A stretch of DNA of 49,080 bases, taken from assembly GCA_003344405.1 (NCBI GenBank), contig NOWV01000319.1, positions 1 through 49,080 of the forward strand, written 5' to 3'. The position numbers and the translations under genes were made by a program. The notes under the pieces were generated by a model. That model made no database searches. It saw only the letters and a list, made by a program, of their open reading frames with translations, and had not been told where the DNA came from. Shown here in pieces: positions 39,120 through 49,080 of the stretch; within the stretch, counting starts at the first letter, position 1; every line of letters begins with the position of its first letter. Origin of the DNA: Trichoplax sp. H2. Lineage: Eukaryota.

Positions 39120-39380
39120 TTTTAAATGTTGATGTAGCCAGTTCTCTATTTTGTTATAAAATAAAAATTTGGGTATGAATTGTTTAGAATACAGTATATC
39201 AATTACTATTGAATGATGATTTCGCCAACTCTTCGTTTTGTTATAAAACAGAACAATACATCTAAATGGTTTTTAAATATACTGTAACCAATTTACTCTA
39301 GAATGTTGATATCGTCAGCTCTCTATTTTGTTATAAAGTAATAGCAAGCATCTGAAGCATCTGAATGATTTTGAAATAGC
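39120..39380. repeat. Degenerate tandem repeat, three units of 87-90 bp
   Basis: Core aatg(t/a)tgat...ttttgttataaa recurs, with ttgttataaa at 39151, 39238 and 39328. Confidence 0.85.
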
Positions 39381-39629
39381 ATCTATAGTATCGCGTTCGA
39401 ATAGTGAATGTAGCGAAACATTGTTGGTACAGGCTATCCTAGATATCAGTGTTTACGTTCAAAATTGTCTTAATTCTATCAAAAGTTTTAATAAATTAAG
39501 ACAATATGAAGGCTTTATTTTCAATTTCTAAAATTAACCGCAACGTAGTGGTATGAAAACACGATGTAAAAACGGATAGAAGTAATACGGTATTGTGCTA
39601 TATCATCATTTCTATGCGTGATTTAACTG

Positions 39630-39802
39630 ATTGTGGAATTCCAAAATTGATAAATAATTAGAACCTTGTTCGATCTAGATACAGAGAGAATCTGTACTAA
39701 GCTCTACTCTAGCTGAATACAACTGCTAGAAAGACCTGTGGAAAAACTACTGATTAATCTAAAAAGTTGCCTGCTTACATACTTTTCGTAGAGTTGGCAG
39801 CT
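39630..39802 (-). repeat. Old diverged fragment related to LTR family A
   Basis: gctctactctagctgaatac...aatctaaaaagttgcctgcttacatacttttcgtag aligns by eye to 1513-1612. Confidence 0.65.
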
Positions 39803-40146
39803 TAAATGAAGTAGAAGCCGAATTTTTTATAATAACATCACGTCCAAACGGAGAGTGAGAGGGGAAACTATGCATACCTCTGGAATCATCATTAAGCGTA
39901 GATGGTCCTCATGGACTTAAATTTAAAACTCACCGATTTAACTAATCTTAAGGTAATTGAATCATAAAGTGCGAATTTTGGGCGTGTCTAGAGGTTAGCC
40001 AGAAATATCATATCCAGTGCCTGATGTTGCCCAAATTTATTGCAATCGAATATACAATACCGCATACTAAATTACTTATAGAAATTTCTATATTCAATTA
40101 GTGGGCATTAAACGTTTTATGCGAAAAATTAAAGTTCGTACACTAC

Positions 40147-40541
40147 TGTTACGAAGTGTAGCTCCATAAATTATAAATTAGGCAATAATAATTAATTAAC
40201 CCGGTTGTATACCATTTCGGTCGACAACTATAGTAACGTATACAATTCGTGGAAGGAGCAATTTACTAGTATGCCCCACAAATGAGTGGGGATGGTATAA
40301 AAGACTAAGCGAATTGCCATTCGCTAGCAGTAGTCGCTCCAGGCTAGGACAATATAGTAGAGACTAGAAATCAGATGACTGGTGAATAAAAAGTGCTAGT
40401 GGTTTGAAAGAAACCTGAGTAGTTGTGCGACTGTGAGGAAAGAGTTAGTTTTCCCTTAGAAGAAAACTCCCAAGTTAATGGAAGACATACACAATTACTA
40501 TAGCACCTGGCACAACCAAATCACAAGTGGGATTTATTACA
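40147..40541 (+). mobile_element. Candidate solo LTR (395 bp)
   Basis: TGTTAC...ATTACA ends, perfect TSD ACTAC, and internal TATAAAA (~40297) followed by AATAAA (~40385) in LTR order. Confidence 0.7.
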
Positions 40542-42647
40542 ACTACCTTAAAATTTTGGGAGATAACGCTCGACTACGCGTGTTGTGTGCATGTAGAAAA
40601 GCCTGGCTAAGCTAGGTTTACACCGGCTAGCTTTACATATATTCAGATGTGTAAATTCTTAGTAGTAACAGTATTTTAAAACGAACTGTTTATATAATCC
40701 GGTACAATGATCACTTAGTATTTACTGTAGGTAGACATTATTTCTACTAGTCAAAATACGATGAACTAAGCATACCCTAATGTATGAGTTACGTATCTAC
40801 TTTTCACCTCTAGCGTCAAAAATTAATGACTCAACTCCCTGCTAGATATGGTCATTTGTACTCTAACATAAAATCTTCAATCCTGTTTATAGCTATGAGC
40901 TACTAAATACGCCTGAAGAGAAATATAAAAAGCTGCACTATCGCTCATTGCGGCTAATAATTCACAATCTAAACTAAGTTACGTTATAATATGCTATTGA
41001 AAATCTTACGTACGCGTAGAATTTATACGATAATTTTGACTAGTCGATCCCTTTCTCGTTTTACTTTGCGTACTATACTTATACCTTTTACATTAGCAGA
41101 TAGCAACTCTCGCTGATTAGATGTTAGACTAATATATTAAACTAAGGTTTTCCGCTGAAAGTCCATGAAGCGCTAAACGATACTAAAAAATCTATAAAAG
41201 CAAGCTAAACTTATAATACGTAATATACTTACTTCTTCATGTCACAACTTCTATGTCGCATTTCATCTGGTCGGTGATACCCTACTCCAGTTAAATAGGT
41301 ATCAAGCCGATAAGTCAAATGCAGTTTACGAGTATACCCTTACTATTTAGTACCAGGATTTTATCCTGTTTCATAACTAGCTACTGTATCGAATAATTTT
41401 ATCTGGTTTACTTCTTTATCTCCTTATAGGTTTCATAGGATCTCTAAACAACAATGCATCACAAATGACCGTCAATATAAACCTTTCAGCATGCTATCGT
41501 GAAGAAAATTTGAATTTCTTTAAACCTGAAAGCACTTTTGCTTGTTATATATTCCAAAATACCGTCTACCAAACCTTTTTAGTTATCGGCAATAGATGAA
41601 AACATAATTGCTTTACTGAGAATTACTTATGGATTGTAATAACATTTTAATTGATCGTTTCCGGATGAATTAGTTTTCCATCTATTTTCTATAAATTCGA
41701 CTGTCATGTTACAGTAATTCTACTGATGTATATTAGACTACGATAGACGGAACCATAGTTTGCTATTGGGTTAAATAGTAATTTCCTGAGCCTTTCCTGA
41801 TTTCATGTCTACTAATATCGGATCATCAATAGAATACCGTTTAGGCTCGTTTTTATTGAAAATTGATCTGCAACTTACATATTCTCTATCCGTTTTTTGT
41901 AGTCTCTATCAGCCATGATTTCAATTTATCACTGCTAGTAATATATTTAATAGGATAATTTTTATCACATAAAATTAGCTGCTCTAATGTCTATCAAGCA
42001 TAGCCAGAGACTACAGCACTTAAAGAACAAAATTCCAACTTCTCCGCCAGATTAATTACTAAGTCAGCTGCTGGAGCTATACTAGATCCTTTGAAATAGA
42101 CATTCGCCTATGATCCATTTACTTTCGTATCAATCGCCAAGGGACTATAGATTAATATCAAGAAAAAGAATCATTTTGATCAGGACTAGCACTATTTATC
42201 TACTCTTCGTTACTACTAGTAAAATAGTCAGTACAATTGGCAACAGTATAGCTAGATGAGTAGTGAACTGCTTAATTCATGAACTACTATAAATGCCATG
42301 TATTACTGCACATTTGATCCAGCATTTTTAACTATCAAATTACTGTAGGCTCAATTGTATAAACTTGGTATAGACAGAATTAGTTACAATGAATTGAAGC
42401 AAATCAAAGCGGATTTAAATTATTTTAATCTACTAATCCTTTTTCAACCATGCAATTACATTGATTGTTTAGGTATGGTAATGGATGAAATCGGTTTAAG
42501 TTAAGGTTCAAGTAGTATAAATATTTCTCCTTCATACTGAAGTCAAATCATTTTATCAATATATATTTTGCGTAATCAATTCGGATTGATTAAACAGAAT
42601 TTGGTACAGATAGTATTAGGTTAAGTTAAAGTAATTTCAGGCAGTAC

Positions 42648-43066
42648 CGTATGGGTAACAAGCTGTACTAGCTTGAATTCATTCCAATTTCTGTAACATA
42701 TTCAAAATCGAATCATTGCAAACCAGTAAGCGTTTATAACTATCAAATCGCCTTGGACTATATATATACAGTATGAGATGTTGCATAGCTTATCTGCGAT
42801 CGAGATTAATTCTCTCTATTAATGAATTAACCAGGTCATATAATAGCTAGAAACAAAATTAGAATAACTTTAGAGAACTACAAACTTCTATTTAGTATTA
42901 GGTGAAAGCCTATTATTAACTGACTCATAATATTAATAAGCATTAAAGATTGCCCGTGAGTGGATGGTACTAACGTTAAAGTCAATATGAAGTTTAAAAT
43001 AGAATTGATAAAATACGTAATTACTTTTGGTTGTTGGACGTATTGTGGTTGAGCAGGAGTAGCCAT
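42648..43066 (-). CDS. Candidate first exons of a spliced gene of unknown function (43066-43017 and 42690-42648)
   Basis: aaaaATGG start encoding the non-AT-biased peptide MATPAQPQYVQQPKVI. A GT donor and ttacag acceptor give the in-frame join ...VITNWNEFKLVQLVTHT. Downstream exons are unresolved. Confidence 0.4.
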
Positions 43067-44444
43067 TTTTTATGGCACTCTGGCGTAAAATCGAATGACA
43101 TAAATTAGTTACAATTGGAGTTTATCACCTCTGATTAAGGCTTAAGGGTAAGGTTGCGCGTCAAACTGCAATTTCACTGCATACTCACTTTTTTCATATA
43201 TTTTAAGGATAGAAGAAAAATTAACTATAGTGCATACGTATAATTCTATGCTATCGTGACAAAGTGTCTTCAAAATGTTAAACAAGAATTATTGTTTCTT
43301 TTGAAACTTCATTTTATTACCTAAACTTGGTTCCTTCAACATACGACTATTACTCCGTCGTCTACTAATATTAAAATCTCACAATCGACGTTCGACTATT
43401 TCCATACAATATTATTATTTTTTCTAGACTAATTTGGGGCTGTGCTCCCGCAATCGAGAGTGTTAGATCATGCTTTGCTGAAACTGAAGTTAACTACTAT
43501 TTAATAATTCTAAGTTAATATCTCTTTCTGTAATTGGATAGACCATGTTTCGATAAAGATAATTATCCTGATAATATTAGAAAAATTACTATTTCTCTTC
43601 TATATAAGCATGTTACTTACTGTAGTGTACTTGAGGTAAATTGCCAATCTACGGTCTTCAAAAAAATCACTTAACTGGCTCTTGGTAGTCTATATATAGC
43701 TACAGCATCTTTCGTATGGAGACCGAAAGCCATGGCAACGGCATAAGTGTTACTATCAATAGTTGCAAGGAATATGATGTATAATTAATTATTATAATTA
43801 TTGGACATTTAATGTAGCTAAATAAATAGAATAGAGAACCGCCTTGATACCTTTGATTACCGTAGGGAACAGAATAGAATTATATTCTTCTAACTATTTG
43901 ATATTAATTACAGGGGACTGATGTTATAGCATATGCTGTAAATTTCAGACATAAATAGTCTAATCCTGAAAAGTCTCTCACGTTATAGTAACCATGTAAA
44001 CCAATTTTGATATGAGTGAGCACAAGCATAATTAAAACATTCTTATACAATTATGAAGCTTTTATTCCATGATAGCTGATATTCCTACAAGCACTAGCGC
44101 AATTAGAACAAAATTTTTAAATTATGAAATATTCAATCTTCATGTTAGCCATTACTAATACGAGTAACAACTACCATAATTAAGAAAACCTTATAAAACC
44201 ATGTGGTATTGTATCCCTCAGTTAGCCGTTATTGATATGAGTAAGCAAGCACTCGTGTAAATTAGAAAAATCTTAAAAGCCTGTATATTATTCTATAATC
44301 TTGTTAACTTGCACTGCTCTACATTTTAATTTATCTTTGATTGACTCCATATAACGAATTAGAAGCTGTAAGATTAGCTATGATCATTATTACGTAATAT
44401 ATATATTTTCTTGAAGATTTCCTTTGCATACGGCATAATTGCTT

Positions 44445-46750
44445 AAAAATTAAGAGTATGTGAAAAAACTTAGCGTTGTAACGTTTATTACTTCCATGAG
44501 TCTGACAAAAAATCCGAATTCTTTCCTCATAAGAACAATTAAAAGAGACTTAAATAAATTGGATAATTTACTTATATATTTAGCCTGTTTTATAACGGTT
44601 CCATACAATTTATCCCACCGACCCACCCACCCTTTAAACGAGCAACGCTGGGGTATTTATACTACTGTTAGATGACTGTTATTATGGGTTCATTTCAATA
44701 GGTCAGTATAAGATTCTTACAGTGCTTTTTACCTCAAGATTTCTTCATGTAAAATGAATAGCTCTAAGGTAGTAATTCTGCAGAGTACTGACTTTTAAAA
44801 TAGTATTCGTTATGTCGCTAAGGGTGGCCACTGGGCCTTTAAATTTTGATTTCATGTAATATGCTGATGAAAATTGAATAAACATAGAATCTTTATAGAG
44901 TTTTCTACACAGCCATTTTGATTGTTACATTTTCTTATAACGATTGTTATCGACAGAGCAAGCGATCCTTAGACATATTATCATGATTGGTATAGAATTG
45001 ACCACAGTACTGAGGACATTGTACCGCACTGTAGATATCTTACAGTACCTACTAATATTAACTTGGTATGTCCATCGCCGTACATTAGTTATCATAATGT
45101 ACTTTGGACCATGAACTAATCTTAATATAGCATTTCATAGTATTTCATTCGGGAAGGCATTCTTGAAAAGTAAAGTTCTAGAAGCTTAGCTGTGAATATA
45201 GTAGTGCCAGGCTATTACTGGGATATATATATAATGTCGAATGATAATACTGTCTGTTAATTATTAACAAATGGGTAAGTTAACGTAAACCGTCAGCAAA
45301 GCGACGTGAGTTTATACTAGTACAAATTAAAATTCAATACACGTCCACATAGAAGTCATTAATAGCTCTAGTGCATTGCCTAATAGTAAAACTTAATATG
45401 GCTATCAGCTACGGCCTTAGAGAAGACATACCATGAGAAAAGTTTCATCATACTAGCCACGATCAACAATTTCTTTACTAAGATATACAGTGCTATACTA
45501 CATACTATCACTGTATTTCCGAATACAAAACTACTGTAATTAGCTAAAATCATTACAGCAACATTTATTAATTTATACATAAAGTAATAGAATGATTTTT
45601 AGCGACTCAATCATAGCTTAGCAATTGAGTTGCGAGATCGCTTCTAACTTTACGATCGCTCAATCTATTCACACTTCTAATTAACGCATCACAATAAATA
45701 TCTCACACTCCTCACATACTTAGAGCAATCTAGTTATGTTTAGGAATCTTATTATAAGCATCTCAATAGAATTGTTACAAACCTACTATATTCCTAAAAA
45801 TAGACACTTACACAACCTTAAAATCTAACACGCTAGTTTAAGTATTCTTACATATTCTGAGCCTTAATGTTAGTCATATTTTGGAGCTGCAATATTGTCA
45901 CAGTGTTATATACTGTGTTAGAGTAGAAATATCTATGTTAGGATAATTCTGTTAGACTATCCTTATTTAGTTAACTTCTAATTTGAATATACTGTGTTTT
46001 AATATAGCACTGACTTTTTATGACAGTAACACATATACACATACTGAAATTAATAGTTATAATAGGGAATGCAAATCATCTACTTACAGTTCGAATCATT
46101 GTGATTGTAACTTACTTATGGTAGATTGTAAATTATCGTGGAAATGTTCCGTGATAGGACATATCGCAATCTGACTATTTTGTATTAGTCATCGCCTGTC
46201 TATGTTCGTAAATACTGCTGTCTGTATTAAGGGAGCAGTAGCTATAATTAATATCTAATTCAGTATATGATTCCAAAGTTAATCGTACTAACTATGACTC
46301 ATGAACTATTGAGGAATAGTATATAAATGCAGTATATCGTGCAATAAAGTAGATTCTCAAACTTAGTGTTTAACGTAAAATACGAGGTGTTTAAGTCTTT
46401 GTGTAGTCTGCTAGTAGAGCAAAAGTGTTTCTGATATTCCAGATATAGTTCCTTGATACGTGGTTCAAGGAATTGACTTATTGATCGTATATTACGTTAT
46501 CTTGTTGCAAAGCTGTTTTATGACAAATATATAAAGATATTAAATATTTTGAGCTTTAAATATAAAAAAAAATTGGAGGGAAATATATATGCACTGGTGT
46601 TATCGTAAACAAGAAAATTAAGCTCGATATTTCAGTTACTAAAGTCTCAAATCGGTAAAGGAGCAGCCATTTCATGAAAATAGCAAGCATTGGCTAAACA
46701 GTTAACTAAAGTGCATAGCGTACAGTAAAGGCAAATATAGCGAAGACTGG
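44445..46750 (+). repeat. Duplicated segment, copy B
   Basis: Same backbone as copy A, plus an extra ~710 bp (44613-45320) and the family B element at a different site. Confidence 0.9.
45896..46525 (+). mobile_element. Family B solo-LTR-like element copy 2 (630 bp)
   Basis: TGTCACA...ATGACA ends; perfect TSD AATAT (45891-45895 and 46526-46530). Confidence 0.9.
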
Positions 46751-47689
46751 ATCAAAGGGCTATAAGGGAACCATTCTTGAGATGAGGTAGGAGTAAATTA
46801 ATTATCTTGATTTACAAGATTTAATAGAATGTAAATTTCTTCGTCTACTATTAAAGTATTTACGTATAATTCTTTTAATATCCATGTTAAATTGTTCGAA
46901 ACTTCTAAAAAATTTTAGTAAGTCAGTATTGTAAGCAAGCGTTAAAAAATTGAAATTGATTTAAATAGAATCATACGATTGCTTATTGTTATTTTGGGCA
47001 ACTTTATCTGAAATCTTTTAGCAAGTACAACACCCTTTAGGCCAAAAGGAGGAAAGTAATACTACCTTAAAGCGATTATACATATTGATATTGTCGGCAA
47101 AGATCATTCAGTTCCTTATAAAACTTGTAGACTAACCACGAAATTTTACTTAAACTAAAAACTTATTTCTCTTCAAAACTTTATAATTACTTGTTCGCCA
47201 ATTTTGGGGAGGGGGAAAGATACTGGTCTATACGTTATGCTTTATGCATTTTTCTGAGATTGTGCTAAGGATATTGGATTTTTTCGAGCGTGATTAATCT
47301 ATGAAATCGATCTTAAACTGATTTATTGATTGGATAGACACTCTTTCTTGGTAATAATTGTATTTCAGAAGGTGCTAAATTTAATAAACTCTTCTTGTTT
47401 AATAGCAATTTTTATCGATAATAATCACAAATGTATAGATTATTATTCCCATTTACAATAACAGGATATACGAAGAAAGCTTTAATTTATTTATGTTTAT
47501 TTAGCACTAACAGGTTTGGAGGAACGCAACTCATCCATTATGGACTGATATAGACAGTTAGTAACTTGATATTCTTGTAAATTTATGATCTCGAAAATTG
47601 TTAATTATATTATCATTATCTTTATAGAAAGGCTAATTGAGGAAAATATCTACCTGAAACCATATGTAGTGATTTCAATTAAATACTGT

Positions 47690-49080
47690 TACAATATGCT
47701 TTGAAAGCGTATTAGTAATATAAAGTATAGCACTGCGTGGACTAAAATGGTTGTATGTTCTTAATAAAGCAGTTATGGATGATGGCTTGTAATATGAAAC
47801 GGTGCACTGTACTGTTGGTACTATGTTGTGAATTTGAAACTTTGGAATTTTATGGCGTGACATGAAAGTCACATTAGGAAAGTTTAGTGAGGAATATAGA
47901 AAATAAGATGGAAATAGGCAGAGGTTGCGTTGATTGTTAAGTAGTTAGACTGTTTTTTTTATGACTAAATCTTGATGTTTAAAGGTTAATTTTTAGACTT
48001 TTATAGTGCAATAATGATAGAAATTATGTTAGAAGTGTAGTTTGATGTATTCTATAGTAAGCTTGTTGGTTTTATAGTGTTTTGTAAGGGAATCATAGGG
48101 TAAATTGTGTCTGAACTTTGAATGATTTTTTTTTTCTTAAATGGTGCAAAGAATTTTTCTGAAACGGATCTTAAGAGCGATTGGTTTGTAAATGTTTAGT
48201 TTTAAATACCTCTGACGGCTCTACGAAGCCTATAAATGATTGTGCAATCAGAAAATTTAGAAGGAGAGTAGAAGAAGATTCTTTTGAAGAAATTTTTAAA
48301 TTTAAAAGGTGTGATAAATACCAATCACGAAATTCCAAATGTTAGAAAAATAAGGGCTTTATTGAATCTTATACAAAGATCAACTACACGTAGCTCTACT
48401 TTAGCCGAATACTACTACTAAAGACTTCTAGAACGAACTAACAGAATAATCTAAAGTTGCATGCTTTTATACTTTTCGTAGCATTCGCAGCTACTATCCG
48501 CATGGCAACCTTTTACCTTATTTTACACATAGTTAAATTATTCTTAGTAAGACTATTCTACTGCGGACCGTCATTAATCCAATATGGATACGACTACAGC
48601 ACTTACGTAGACATTATTCACACCAGCCAAAGTACAATGAATTAACCATATCCTAATATATGATTTACAGTTCTATTTTTACCTATAGCCATATTAGTAA
48701 CTCAACAGCTTACTGTATATAGTCATCTGTACTCTAGCATAGAGTCTCTACCACTACAGTCTATAGTTACAGCTACCAAATATCTCTTAGGATAAATATC
48801 TACCATACATTATACTACACATGGCTAACAGTCTACAATCACAATACTAAGCTACATTACAAAAGACCTTCGGGGTCGAATTGTCGTAAGTTAAAACGTT
48901 CTTGTTTTTGAAACGTTGTTTGGTTGTTGACAGTTTTACAGTCTGTCACTTATTTTATTAATACTTAAAGTTAAGTATTTGTAAGGTTGTTCGGCTTATA
49001 CTTCTCTCCATTTTTTTGGTAATAAATTGTTGATCGATTATTTCCCCTAATTTTATTTGGTGTCAAAGTTTCAGTAAGTC
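47690..49080 (-). mobile_element. Possible decayed LINE 3' region interrupted by LTR family A copy 4
   Basis: Strong T/G strand skew on both sides of the LTR. The minus-strand peptide YYKPSSITALLRTYNH loosely resembles LINE ORF2 C-termini. No RT motif seen. Confidence 0.25.
48310..48861 (-). mobile_element. Solo LTR family A copy 4
   Basis: TGTGATA...ATTACA on +; flanks AAAGG/AAAGA (4/5 TSD match). Confidence 0.88.

Noticed and set aside
39120..39380. CRISPR-like repeat/spacer appearance
   Set aside because: Cores are not identical, linkers are mutually homologous, there are no cas genes and the context is eukaryotic.
27365..46174. Paired ORFs MLCFNIAL.../MNILCFNI... and MYKFINVA.../MYKLINVA...
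   Set aside because: Translations of family B and of the duplicated backbone; short and without motifs.
898..48645. Four copies of the 62-aa ORF MHAFILSVAF...
   Set aside because: All lie inside LTR family A and start at TTG; conservation reflects repeat identity, not evidence of coding.

Overview
AT-rich eukaryotic (animal) genomic DNA, not prokaryotic, with two 20-N assembly gaps (379-398, 29851-29870). The composition and the tandem intronless LGR-like receptors suggest a basal metazoan such as the placozoan Trichoplax; this is inference only. The main content is a same-strand cluster of six paralogous single-exon class A GPCR loci. Four are intact (2412-3386, 10896-11879, 24093-25115, 34453-35466) and two are pseudogenes (~5240-6058, ~19109-19808). 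Their 7TM resembles the LGR/GRL101/relaxin-receptor type, but they lack the LRR ectodomain and share a C-x5-C-x-N-x-T-N-I-W insert in extracellular loop 1. The intergenic DNA holds many solo-LTR-like elements (TG...CA ends, 5-bp target-site duplications) from several families. These include a nested insertion with its empty site, an inverted LTR pair upstream of the first GPCR, and one ~630-bp element found at two different positions in the two copies of a local duplication. There are also candidate small exons of a minus-strand spliced gene near 41.5-43.1 kb. Most short ORFs in the ORF track are spurious translations of repeats.
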